Assembly (NCBI GenBank): GCA_051294375.1
Contig: CM119264.1
Span: 28,967,939 to 29,031,938 of the forward strand
Direction: 5' to 3'
DNA from: Paraspadella gotoi
Lineage: Eukaryota; Animalia; Chaetognatha
Length of the DNA stretch: 64,000 bases
A program made the translations under genes and the position numbers. The notes under the pieces were generated by a model. The model worked only from the letters and a program-made list of their open reading frames with translations. It ran no database searches and was not told the DNA's origin. Below, piece after piece: positions 41,613-54,120 of this stretch (the stretch's first letter is position 1; every line of letters begins with the position of its first letter).

Positions 41613-44600
41613 ACCGCAAAAGATTCCATAGAAGAGAACGAAGAGAGTGACGATGCCAAGAAAGATGAGAGGCCATCTCTCTTTCTTGGCCTCAGCCAAA
41701 TCCTCTTGGCTCAGAATGCCGTTCTCTCTCTCCTTCTTTTCTCCGTTGATCAGGCGATTTTGGACTTGGCGAATGAGGATGTAAAGAAGTAGACCGACTT
41801 CGAAAATGCCGACGATGGCCACGCAAGATTCTTGCATCGGAGTCATTTCTCGTTTGCCTGGACAATAAAAATATTTTTGTTTGGTTGGTATTTGTATGGG
41901 TTGGTCAGCGTGCTAGTTGGGTCAAAAGATGAATCAGTTTGGTCATTTGTAAGGGTTGGTCGGCGTGCTAGTTGGGTCAAAAGATGAATCAATTTGGTCA
42001 TTTGTATGGGTTGGTCGGCGTGCTAGTTGGGTCAAAAGATGAATCAGTTTGGTCATTTGTTTGATGTGTTTGCCTTAATAGGAGTTTGATTGTTTTGTTG
42101 GAGGCATTTAATCTTTACAGTCTAAAAGTCAACCAATTCCTGGCAATTTGAATTTGTTAAATCTTTTCTCGCTCAAATCATTTCCAAATTGATCTATAAA
42201 ATGTGCTATCATTCCAATAAAAAAAAAGAAATAATCAATTTTCGCTAATTTTTAATTAAATAAATCATTACCTCCTGAAGAAAACAAATAAATGAAGCCA
42301 GAGATTAGAGCGATGATCCCCAAAAGCCAAAGACATAAACCAAATATCGCATGAACCAAGTTGAAAGTGAAGCGCAAATTACTTGAAGGACCTAAAGGTA
42401 GAGGATAATGTTATAAGTACAGGACATATGTATATGTATTGTTTTGTCTCATATCACCATTAATGAAAAATTTCAACAACATTTCAAATTAATATTTTTT
42501 GGTTTTGTGCTTGTTGTGCACGTCCAGTAATTGTTCCATGCCAAACATGATAAAAATCAAACAAAAAAAATTGGTGACCTGGCCTCATGAGCCCCATGAT
42601 GGCTTGCACGATGACCAAGAGAAAAGTGATAAAACCGCTGACTGTGTGAAGTTTTTCCAGTTCGAGCTCCCAAGACTCATACTTCATGGAGAGAACGAAG
42701 CCGGCGACGGTGAAAAGAAGAGCTGAAGGAAATAACGAGAAAATATTTCAAATCTTGTTACGGAAGTTGGTACGAAATGGACGAGCAGCAATTTTTAGTA
42801 AGTCACTTACCCGTGATCATCGACGCGGCGTGAGCAGCGAACCAACTGCGTTTCCCAAAGATTTTTCCGTTGCCTCCTATCAAACGGAAAGAAGTGGAAA
42901 TGGTGACTCCTAGAGGCACAGCGCCGATCCAAGCGATCGACATGAATGTTCCGTGGAGTTTAATAGGCCATTTCTCTTTCGTCTTCGGTGCAGTTGTCGT
43001 TTTCATTGTTGTTGTTGCCGTTGTCTGTGGTTCCGGTGGGTTCTCCAATGGCGCGCTGAAAAAGGGAGGCATCTTGACGACCTGCTTCTAAAGTTTTAGG
43101 GTCACGTCTCTTTGTCACATATGTCTCGCTCTGTTATCCGTGTTCCAACCCTTAAATCGACCTAGAAACTCATCGTTTGGATTTTTTGTTTGCATTGAAT
43201 ACATTCTGGATTAACTCGGGGTAGAATTAACTTTAAAAACTCTTTAAAATTAAAAAAAGTAAAAATGAGACATAAATGATACACTGGTACAGTTACGTAA
43301 GTACTTTAAATTTTTGTAATTTCTCAATTATTATTTGTAATTAAAATAAAAATTATTTTCGAAGGCCTCTGCTTACAATCCTCGCATTCAGATAAAAAAA
43401 CTAGTTTTTCCAGTATTGTTCAGTTACTACTAAACAAATAAAATTTAAATTGCCCCATAATATAAATTAGGCCAAAATACGGATTAGTTAAAACCATCTC
43501 CAGCTATTTCTAATCATATAAGAGTAACATTTTTTGCAACTTTTAGGGAAAAAATCATGTCCATTTTTGTCCATTTTCACTTTCGTCTTCAAATTTGAAT
43601 GCCAAGGAAAGTTGAGAAAATTTTTTATTTTGGAATTCCTTTCTTCCTTATCTTCTTCACCCCTGAGTAAAATATTTTCCTTATATCATTCATAGTTCAC
43701 TTATGAATTAATTTGAAAGTTGACAAGTCAAAAATTCGCAGTTTAGTTTTATTATATTTATTAAACAAAAATAGTTTTAAATTGGCTTAAACTAACAGAA
43801 AATATAGCCCACAGAATAAGCTTTTAACATCTACAAAATTATCAAAAAAACTCATTTCGTTTTAGCCATAAATATTTTTTAAAGACGACAATTAATTTGT
43901 GACTTTTTGTGACTTGCATTTATTTTAATAAAGATAAGATTTTAAAATTTATTTTAGTTTTAACAATTGAGGAACATACTGACGTTAATAAAACAAAAAA
44001 AACCGCATCCTTTTAAACCAATGGAAAGCGTCAGGCCTTGTTTTTTCTCAAAGATCGACAGATTTTGCGGAAATATTTTCGCAAAATCTGTCGATTTACT
44101 AAATTTGCCAGGCAACCAAAATTGAAAGAAAAATCATGAGATACCGTAAATTTCTTTTCTTATAATGGATAATAAGAAATTTCTTTGATTTGGCTCAATG
44201 TAAAGACAGAAAAGTAGTGGGAGGGAACAGGAAAGGGGAGAACAAGAAAAGGAGAAGGGGAGAATGAGAAGAGAAAGGGGAAAAGCATAAAAAAAGAAGG
44301 CAAAGGGAGAAAAAAATAAGGAGATAAAGGAAAGGCGGAAAAAGAAGGGAAAAAATGGAAAGAAAAAGAGGGGAAAAGAGGGGAAAAGAAAGAGAAGGAG
44401 AGAAGGCAATAAAAAAGGAAAAGGAAAGTGAAATATGTGGCAGAGAAAGGTAGGGTCATAGAAAAGGTAAGTTACGGCGTGAAAAGTAGGGAGGAAAAGA
44501 GGAAGATAAAAATAGAAACACAGAGAAAAAAGAGATGAAGAAAGAGAATCAGGGAAACGGTATGAAAGGGAAAAAAAATGTATCAGATAATGTGGCATCT

Positions 44601-46665
44601 TGTCTGAAAAGTTTTGTGTAAATAAAAGCCACAAAAATTAAAAGGAGGAATTTGATCTTTAAAAGTTGTTTGTACCATAAAAAATTCATCATACTTTCAT
44701 CTCAAATTAGGTAGTTAATGAGATTAGATTGATAATCTCCGAAGAAATCATGTCTTACCGTATTTTTAACTCATAGAAATTTAACTGAACAGTACTAGGT
44801 ATTAAGAATGAGATAACCATAGCAAACCGTTTTTTTAAACAAAGAAAACTTCATACAATCACTGAGATCAAAAGAGATGGTAATATTTAAGTTCAGAAAT
44901 CGTTATCTAAAGGACGTCGATCGTACGTGGAGCCGAAGAATGTTTTTTATCTCACCTCAGTTTGTATTTTCGATCACTGTAAAAGTCCTTGTCATGTTTT
45001 TTAAGCCGATAATTTGTGTCAATAGTCGCAACTTCTCCATGGGCAAAGAAAATGACCTGAATTAAGAAAAGTTAAAACTAGTTTGTTCGGCAATGTTAAT
45101 TTCTAACAATGTAAAAATATTTTGGTATTTTAAACTGCACCTGACACAACTCCAAACTGCTCCTGACACAACTCCAAACTGCACCTGACAAAACTCCAAA
45201 CTGCACCTGACACAACTCATAAGTGTCTCTACCTGATGTTCATCAATATGATAAACTTTTGGGTCATTGACTTTCATCTCTCGGGTGAAGTTGCAGTCAA
45301 TTGTAGTGTTGAAGGCGACGGCAGAGATATTGGTCAGGCCTGGGCAAGATGGATTGTAATCATGATAAAAATAATTTTAAATATACGGTTGCAATATATA
45401 TATATAAAAAGCCGTTATATTCTTTAACTCTGACCAAGACTTGGATTTGACATTAGGACGTTTCCAAATGGGTTAATTGTGTTCCACGAGGCGGCCACCT
45501 CAACGCTCCCGTTCAACATCGCACAGTGGATAACGCTGTGATGAATATTTATCAATTTTATTTTTATATAATTTTGGTACAACCAATGTGAAATTCTAAT
45601 TTTTTTTTATTAAACCTGCTATCTTGCGCCTGACATTGGACAATTGGACAGACTATAGTGGGTTAAGTCCTTCATCTCTCTCACAAGATAATAACAAAGA
45701 GGAAACTCATAGCTTTTAATCAAGACTCTCTCTCTCTCTCATAGTTTATTTACTCCCACAGTGCTTGGCTTCCCTATCAATGATGTGTTATAATGTTTTA
45801 AAGAACTTACCACTCCCTAACTATTAGATAAGGGAATACTATGGCAACAGCCGGGTTGCCTGTGATGCCCATTGGGATGGGGCATCTCACTGTTGGCTTT
45901 AGGGGCTTCCGACCCTCAGTGAGGCCTCCAGTCACTGGCGCGGTTACCCTAGGACGGTCTCGCTTTGCCAACGCAGAGGGAAGTCGTTAGGACTGTGGAT
46001 GGAACACTACGCCTGGGATGGTGTGTTCCCCCTCTGAGCCAATGGATTTGGCTGACGGATGGTGGACGTGAGGCGGTGTGAATATACCGCCACAATACTA
46101 TACTTTGATTATTATGATATTGGTACATGAAATATAAAAATGATCCATCTGAGGCGACTTATGATCGGTCTCTCTCTCTCTCTCTCAACCCTTTCTCTTT
46201 CCTGGTGGAGGACGGTAAATCCACTCGGTCGCCTCACAATGTGAGGCTTATATCCCTTCGATAACTATTTTAGTTCTCTTAGACTCACCCGTTCCTTACC
46301 TGTCCAAGCCCATCTTCGAGTCCGGTGAAAGGCCCATGGCGATATAACCGCTTCCATTGTGATTCGTTTTTCCGTGAAGTCGAAAGTCAATCACGTCCCC
46401 GTTCGGCATCCAATCCAGTTGGTATATGCAATCGCTTCCTATCGTTTGGATTTTGGTTCGTTCATATTGGAGACACAGCAATGGACGAAGATAGTCGAAA
46501 GGTTCGCATCGGGCATTTCGTCTTACCGCAATCATTGGGATGTTTGAGAGAGAACCAAGAGCCGAATTGCTGAAGCGTGTGACGGATTTTTGAGGCGTCG
46601 ACCAATGACGTCACGCTTATCGTCACGATCATCACCCAACTCAGTGATTTGAAAGAGAGTCCCAT
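41601..46665 (-). CDS. DOMON + cytochrome b561 transmembrane protein (ferric-chelate reductase 1 / SDR2-like, no reeler domain), ~8 coding exons
   Basis: GT-AG exons ~46665-46300, 45535-45435, 45339-45233, 45056-44956, ~43087-42811, 42722-42579, 42391-42272, 41857-41601. Signal peptide MGLSFKSLSWVMIVTISVTSLVDA; CGKTKC; DOMON motifs GYIAMGLSPDSKMG and IDCNFTR; four b561 His motifs KLHGTFMSIAW, WFAAH, KLHTVSG...QAIMGLMRP, RFTFNLVHAIFG. At least 1-2 frameshifts (exon 1, start of exon 5), probably read errors. Confidence 0.88.
41890..42060. repeat. 55-bp intronic tandem repeat x3
   Basis: ATTTGTATGGGTTGGTCGGCGTGCTAGTTGGGTCAAAAGATGAATCAGTTTGGTC at 41890, 41945 and 42000; also at ~24178-24355. Confidence 0.9.
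43364..44934. mobile_element. ~1.57-kb non-autonomous TIR element in an intron (possibly PIF/Harbinger-like)
   Basis: Absent from the homologous site at ~25762. Termini GGC...GCC with GAA duplicated (alternatively a 5-bp CGAAG duplication); ~30-bp imperfect TIRs ending AGATAA; subterminal inverted motif TGTTCAGTTA; no ORF. Confidence 0.7.
45133..45217. repeat. 22-bp intronic tandem repeat x4
   Basis: AAACTGCACCTGACACAACTCC units; also at ~25968-26055. Confidence 0.9.
45842..46094 (-). mobile_element. Solo LTR, family C (253 bp), intronic insertion with TSD
   Basis: TG...CA termini, ATACTA on both flanks (45836-45841, 46095-46100), empty site at ~26680-26692. GC-rich and made of consecutive hairpins. 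Confidence 0.88.
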
Positions 46666-46909
46666 TATCTCACCGATGCAGAGGCTTTAATAAAAATTCA
46701 TTTAAATATCACTTTTCTTTTACGAAAATTAAATTACCGACAGATTTGTCGGTACCGACTATTAGTAAATTTTGCTAATTACTTATTTTACTATACTAAA
46801 ATTAATTTTTATTTGATTGGTTTTCAAACCGTATGGATCGAAACGCTCTGACGCTCAAATCGGGCTGGGCTTTTGTACTCGACGATGGCACGGCCACGAG
46901 GACCTCACT

Positions 46910-46969
<60 letters not shown>

Positions 46970-48253
46970 CTCTTTCTCTCTCTCACTCGTCATTGATTGA
47001 ATCCAGTTGAGCAACTTCGATTTCAAATCGATTCAAGAAGAGAAAGAAAACAGGTAATTAAATAGATAAATTCGATTGAATCCGCACAATTAGTCGAGAA
47101 CTCAGAAACTTACTTGATAAATGTATAGTTGAAAAGTTGAAATGTTTAATGTATGTATAAATATCCAATCAAACTGTACGTATGATCAGTTACTTTCTGG
47201 CATTTGATATCAATCGTGTTTTGCATTGTAGAGATGATCAGTCTTGATCAGATGATTAGTGCAATGGTCTTTCTCTCTATCTCTCTCTCTTCATTCATCT
47301 ATCTATTTATTATTAAATGTATATTAGATAAAAGAGAACAGGCTGTTAAAGAAGTTGCGGATAGCACTCTTTAGCCCCACTTAGCGCCATATCCACATAT
47401 TCTTACAGACAAAGAAAGATTTTTATTTAAATTGTTAAATAACAAGTTTGAGCAAACAATGCCGGATCTGCCCACGATCATTAGCGGTAAGCAGCTAATC
47501 AGATAATTAATTAATTAATATTAATTTTTTTTATTCGTGTCAAAATCGTTTTCCACTTTGTCTCGCCTCTCAATCACAAAACAGCAATCTCGATCACAAA
47601 ATTAATTAATTAATTAATTACAAATAATTAATTAATTACTTATTTATTAATAATTAATTAATGCAGCTTGAATTTACATTTAATATAAAAATAAAAAAAG
47701 CATAATCAAATAGTGAAATAGATTGTTTTTTTAATTTTTACTCATTTCCACTTGGACGATTCCATGGAAACTTTATTTTCTGCTTAATCACACACTTTCC
47801 TATCAACGTACAAAATGTGAAGTCAATCGCCCCATTCACTAATGAGTAATTGGCTTGAAATATATTTTTTGGGGTTTTTTCCATTTTAACTCATTTGCAC
47901 TCGGACGATTCCGGCTAAAAACTTTTATCTTACCCGGAGTGCTTTGAGAAGTACTATACTAATGAAAGTTTCTGACACCCAATGAGAAAAAAAATGAAAA
48001 CCGGATTTTTTTTCCAGGGCTTAAAATATTTTTATGAAACTTATAAAATTAAAAAAAAAAAAGATAAATAATACAAAACGTATGTATAAATGTATTTAGA
48101 TCTACTTTTTTTAACGATTTTGCTAACTTTATTAGTTGTCGAGTCATATTAAGATAATCTTTCAGTTATTTTCTTTTCAAGAGGATTATATTAGTGACTT
48201 CGCTCTTTGAGTATCTCTCTCTCTCTCGCTCTCTTCTCTCTCTCCTCGCTCTC

Positions 48254-48298
<45 letters not shown>

Positions 48299-48305
48299 CT
48301 GCGCT

Positions 48306-48342
<37 letters not shown>

Positions 48343-48696
48343 CTCATCCTTCACTCTCACTGTCTTTGTTTGTCCGGATCTGTTTCTGGCAAGAGATTTT
48401 CCTTTTCGCGAGAAACAAGATTAATTTGAATATTCATTTGGGGTAAGTATAAATACATTTCTTGCTACAATAACAATGAATTTCAGTCTTTTTTTATTGT
48501 AAGTGAAATGTTTTTGTACTTTTAAATGTTTTCTTGTCTTATTTATATGCTTTACATTTTAATATATGTTTTTTAGGAATCTTTTTTAACTTAGGGGACC
48601 AAATGTTAAAGAGAGAAAAGTGACAATTTTGTGAAATATATTATTACAAAATGATCATCTCTTATATGAGCATATTTCTTTTATTTTTCGTTATGT

Positions 48697-48733
<37 letters not shown>

Positions 48734-49244
48734 TGTTCTTCAGATTTCGGATTTAAGGATTCGCTGACTGAGCATTTTTTTTATTAATTAAACAATTTCG
48801 ATGCTTTTGTCATCGTCGTCATCGTCGTCGTCGTCGTCATCATTACTCGGCGACCAGAATTTAAAACTATTACAAGATTACACGATTTGATTCAACGGTA
48901 CTATAGTCATAGATGTGTTAAAAAGACGAAGGATGTCAATTTTATTACCTATTTTATAATATTTATTTCCGACGACAATAAAATATATAATTTTTTTTTT
49001 TAAACAATTGGAATTTTATAACCGTTAGTTTTTCCTCTCGCATTTATATTGCTGCCAAAATAAATTTTTAATCGGCAATAAGATGTGAAGAGTAATAATA
49101 TCTTAGGGTAAAAAATCGGGCGTGACGCAATAAAATGCGATTCTTTCACATAATTTTTTCTCACTCCGACTCCTCACCATATTTTTCAAAAGCCGAAAAT
49201 TTCAGCTTAAATTCAAAATTAGGTTTCAAGAGTTAAGGGTGAGA

Positions 49245-50170
49245 GATAAGGATTAGGAATAAGGATTAGGTATAAGGATAAGGATTAGGGATAAGGTTTA
49301 GGGACAAGGATTAGGGATAAGGATTAGGGAGAAGGATTAGGGATAAGAATTAGGATTAGGATTAAGATTAGGTTTAGGATTTGGTATAGAGTGTAAGGTT
49401 ACATCTTGGTGTGCTTAAAATTAGGTCAGGGATTAAGGACAAGTCCGGGACGCCTTTTGTAAAATAGTGCACAATAATTTCAACTACTTTTTTCTTTTCC
49501 CTCTTCATAATTAGATTTTCCACCTACGTCTTGACGAGACTCAACTCGACTCGACTCTACTCGACCTGACTTGCTTGACTCGCCTCGCCTCGACTCGCCT
49601 CGACTCAACTTTTGACTTGAATCTTGACTTGAATTTTGATTTGACTCTTGACTTGACGTTATTTTAAGGTTACATCTTGGTGTTAAAATTAAGGTCAGGG
49701 ATTAGGAACAGTCCGGGACACTTTTGTAAAATAGTGCAAATAATTTTAACTACTATTTTTTCTTTCCCTCTTCATAATTAGATTTTCCACCTACGTCTTG
49801 ACTAGACTCAACTCGACTCGACTCTACTCGACCTGACTCGCTTGAATCGACTCGACTCGACTCGACTCGACTCGACTCGACTCGACTCGACTCGACTCGA
49901 CTCGACTCGACTTGACCTGACTTGCCTCGCCTCGCCTGACTCGACTTTTGACTTGAATCTTGACTTGACTTTTGACTTGACTTGTGATTTGACTTTTGAT
50001 TTAACTCTTGACTTGACTTTTGATATAACTCTTGACTTGACTTTTGACTTGACTTTTGATTTGACTTTTGATTTGACTTTTGACTTGACTTTTGATTTGA
50101 CTCTTGACTTGACTTTTGATTTGACTCTTGACTTGAAATTTGACTTGACTTTTGACTTGACTTTTGACTT
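49245..50170. repeat. Composite repeat: (GGATTAGGGATA)-like 12-mer, ~270-bp direct repeat, (CTCGA)n and (TTGACTTGACTT)n
   Basis: Visible arrays at 49245-49380, 49845-49912 and 49945-50170; 49395-49655 repeated at 49665-49975; second copy at 63175-64000. Confidence 0.85.
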
Positions 50171-50711
50171 CACTTGACATTTGATCAGACTTTACTACCC
50201 AAACTCCCGAAGATGTTCTTTTCGTGGACAAATTGACAAAGATTTCAAAGGTTGCAACGAGAAAGGGAAATTGAGGTCGGGATGAGGGAAGAAAGGAAAG
50301 GGGAAAGGAAATTGAGGTAGGGACCCACTCAGTTGTCAATGTCATAGAAAAGGATCTCGGCTCTCGGCTTTTCCTTCTCATTGTTTGGTTGAGGGTTCCG
50401 TCTCTTAGAGCATATCTTATAAGTTATAACATCCTTGTAATGTGAGGAGGGAGAGACTAACAGTTACATTTTCACTTTTCACTTCCCCCTCCTCTGCCTC
50501 TCCTCTTTACCTCCTTTATCTCTTCCTCCACCTCCTCCCATCTCCTGCATCTCCCCCTCCTCTTCCTCCCCCCATCTCCTGCTCCTCCCCCTCCTCTTCC
50601 TCCCCCATATCCTGCACACCCACCACTTCTTCCTCCGCCACCCACAACGGCGTCGATTCCGCCTTCGAGAGGCGAAGAATTTATTTCTTTCTTCCAAATC
50701 AAAATCATCTC

Positions 50712-50743
<32 letters not shown>

Positions 50744-51041
50744 TNNNNNNNNNNNNNNNNNNNNNNNNNNNNNNNNNNNNNNNNNNNNNNNNNNNNNNNN
50801 NNNNNNNNNNNNNNNNNNNNNNNNNNNNNNNNNNNNNNNNNNNGACGAACTCCGCCTTCGAGAGGCGAAGAATTTATTTCTTTCTTCCAAATCAAGAATC
50901 ATCTCTCTTCTTCTTTCTTTCTTTCTTTCTTTCTTTTCTTGTCTTCTTTTCTTTCTTTCTTTCTTTCTTTCTTATTAATTCTTTCTTTCTTTCACAGAGG
51001 AGATTTTGTACGTTATTTTCCGGATTAGATGAGAGAGAGGT

Positions 51042-51080
<39 letters not shown>

Positions 51081-51589
51081 GCGCCCTAGGCGATTAGGTC
51101 AGACAACAAGCCGCCAATCGTTTCGTCAACTTTTTATTCAATTTTTTTTCAGCCTCAGAATCAGATGGTTCTCAGTCAGATGGTTCTCTTCGGTCTTAGT
51201 CATTGCCGGTGTTACAGGAAAGAATATTCTGGCACGACGACACCACATTACCGTTCATATTAATCAATTAACCAATTAACCAATTAATAAAAAAGTTCTT
51301 GCCTTTCGTTGGAATGTCACGCTTGTACGCCGAGCGGGAACGCAACGCGAGAAAGCCAAGATAATATGCGCAAGACGAAGACGCCACGCTTTGCCACGCT
51401 TTGCCACGCTAGCCTCGCCACGCTCCCGCCACGCGATGAGGATCGTTTTTCCGTCTATGAATTNNNNNNNNNNNNNNNNNNNNNNNNNGGCGAATGTTTA
51501 CTTCCTTCTTTTCGTTCGGAAGATCCCAATTTCCTCTGCCCGTGTTGATGGCGTCCTGTCGGTGAGCGTCGGGTTGATGTATGGCGGAG

Positions 51590-51945
51590 GGGTGGCAGGG
51601 ATGTGGAAGGAGGTAGGTGGAGGGGTGTGGAAGGAGGGGCGTGTGAAGGAGGGCGTGGGAGGGACGCCGTGTGGAAGGAGGGATGTGGAAGGAGGGGCAG
51701 GGATGTGAAGGAGGAGGGGGGAGGGATGTGGACAGGAAGGCGGGAGGGATGTGAAGGAGAGGGCGAGCGGATGTGGAAGGAGGGGAGAGGGATGTGGAAG
51801 TGTAGGGGGAGCGGATGTGGAAGGACGGGGGGAGGGATGTGGAAGCGAAGGGGGAGGGTGTGAAGGAAGGGGGAGGGATGCTGGAAAGGAGGGGGCTGGA
51901 GGATTGTGGCAAGGAGGGGGGGTCTATTGCGGAAGGAGGGGGTGC
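51590..51945. repeat. G-rich ~21-bp degenerate minisatellite (GGGATGTGGAAGGAGGGG...)
   Basis: Repeated GATGTGGAAGGA core separated by G tracts. Confidence 0.8.
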
Positions 51946-52949
51946 AGCAGTGTTATCCACACCGTGGAAAAGTTCATGTCTCGACTTTTAGGCAATTTTC
52001 TGATTGATTTTTGGCAAATATCTTGTCTTTAAACTCCGTTTGCCATTATCTATTAAACGTTATTTCGTTTTTGTCTTAGTACGAATTATTATTTCAGTGC
52101 AGTCTTTGCTTTTTTTGTTTTTTTTTTTTTTTTCCGATGCAAATTGTGAATTTTTTGATTGCATGGTTTGGTACCACAAATCATTATATCACCGTCAGAA
52201 AATTAACTAATTTTTTATAAAAACCAATATATTTTTAATTTAATCAATTCAACAGCTCTTTCGCTTAAGGTTTTCTGTTGACATATATATTTGTTTATTT
52301 TAATTGATGAATGAAAGTGCCAATACAGTGTGCGATTAAGTTGGCCAGAAGTGATTTAAGAATGAAATGAAGCCTCCGAGAATTTCCTTAAGGTTCAGCT
52401 TTAAGTTGTCGGGATATTTAGGGATAATCATCGAAACTTTAACTTCAAAGAAGGCGCATTTCAAATAAAAAAGCTGGGGTTGGCTGTCGAGAGAGCATAA
52501 CCCTTGTTTGCGTTTTTTTTGCTGGGTTTTTTCGTTTTAAGAAAGAAATCATGGACGCTTGCAAGTTAACTAGTTTATGTAAATCCGAAATTTTTTATTT
52601 TCTATATAAAGTTAACTAAGAAGTTGCGGAGTCGACGAAAGAGAGATGAGAGGAGAAAAGAGAGAGAGAAAAAAGAAAAGAGAAGAAGAAGAGACTAGGA
52701 GAAGAAGAGGGAAGAAGAAAAGAGAGGCTGAACGAATCAGCGATGCTGCGTTGATAAGCTAAGAGAGAGAAAGAGAAGAGAGAGATGACGATGAGAGAGA
52801 GAGCACGAGAAGAGGAGAAGACACGAGATGAGAAAGAGAGCAGAAAGAGAAGGGAGAGAGAAAAAAAAAAAAAAAAAGAGAGCAGAGAGAGAGAGAGCGA
52901 GAAGAGATGAGGAGAGAGAGAGAGAGCATCGTAACTAAGCCTCTGCAGC

Positions 52950-54120
52950 ATGTGAATCATATACATACACATGTGACACTCATATCCATCTAGTGAGATA
53001 AATGCACAAAGATCGTAGATACAGTTCACTCTCTGAGAGAAAGACTATGAACGAGTCTCGTGCATACTCTCTTGATTGAACGCTCTAATGGTACTCTGCA
53101 TTAACAACTCGTCTTGACAGCACACTCATCAAATCTCTTCTCCTAATTAAACGACTCACTCCTCTAGTGATACAGTAGCCTCTCCTCCTCCGTTCATATC
53201 GCATCTCTCCTTACTCTCTTTACACTCTCCTCTCTTACAACTCTCTTACAACTCTCTCTAACATCTATATTTTAAACTCTGGCTCTTTACCTCTCTTCTT
53301 ATTCCATTGAACATAACTACCCTAATTGAACCCACTCTCTCTTTTTTGCCATACAACCGCTACTCTTACTACCTCCGTAATGATTTTTGATTAACTACCG
53401 CCGTACTTTTGCTACTCCTCTAACCTAAACTAAATTTCGACTTGCCGTATCGTCTATAACCATACTATTCAAGCAATTCGAACTTCTTTTTTCTATTACC
53501 CATACTCATTAAATCAAGATTGATGCTTCGATTAAGTCATAATAAAGGGCATCGTTACGCTCATTATTGACATAGTCAGTCTTATGATGCTTCTGACTGA
53601 CATCTCATTCATTTAACTTTTCTACAATCGTCTAAGCTTGATTACGACTTACTCTCTCTTCTTCATGACCTCAATTGGATAAACTCCAATTCACTTCATC
53701 ACATATCTCGTAACTTACTAAAGCATAACATGCCTCTCGTCTGCTTTTCTTATACTGTGAGTGAAAGTAACGAATCGTGTTAAAGTAGCAGTCTATAAAC
53801 AACTCTCTCTCTCTGAGAGAGAGACTGAGTATAATTGAACTCATCTAGACGCAAGAAGAAAGTACAAGTGTCTCTCTACTATTAAATTAAACCCTATCGA
53901 ACAATTCTCTGACGATGTTAAATCTCCTTTTCGTGATTCTTCTTGTCTATGCATACATAACATGATCGCCTCGTCCATAACTACTCTTAATAATCGCGAT
54001 ATAAAATAGTAACAACAATCTGGCATACCTCCAAATACCCTACTATACATCCTACTTATAATCATCTTACTACTACATCTAACTTAATCAACCGCCCTAT
54101 ACCTCCCCACTGCATCTTCG
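52950..54120 (+). mobile_element. Possible heavily degraded non-LTR retrotransposon (APE endonuclease end / ORF2 fragment)
   Basis: CT-rich block with short translatable remnants (NIYILNSGS at ~53260, KFRLA at ~53432) reminiscent of LINE endonuclease C-termini. No intact frame. Confidence 0.3.

Larger units (their letters stand above)
30869..50030. repeat. Segmental duplication / haplotype copy 2 (cleanest copy)
   Basis: Colinear with 6115-14085 and 20990-29675, and with 59677-64000 at its right end. Confidence 0.9.

Noticed and set aside
42484-42578. ORF read-through GHQFFLFDFYHVWHG as b561 helix 4
   Set aside because: The downstream exon (GPSSNLRFTFNLVHAIFG) supplies the canonical motif with proper splice sites, so this stretch is intronic.
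45938-45963. 5S rRNA box-C-like stretch (GAGACCGTCCTAGGGTAACCG) in the family C LTR
   Set aside because: Short gapped similarity with no box A region; could be chance.
49245-49380. Telomeric array (also TTAGG-rich tracts at ~4540-4660 and ~7060-7140)
   Set aside because: Degenerate, short and internal, with a 6/12-bp period rather than a pure (TTAGG)n tract.
49808-50381. KSKV / DLTF repeat ORFs
   Set aside because: Produced by 12-bp and 5-bp tandem repeats.
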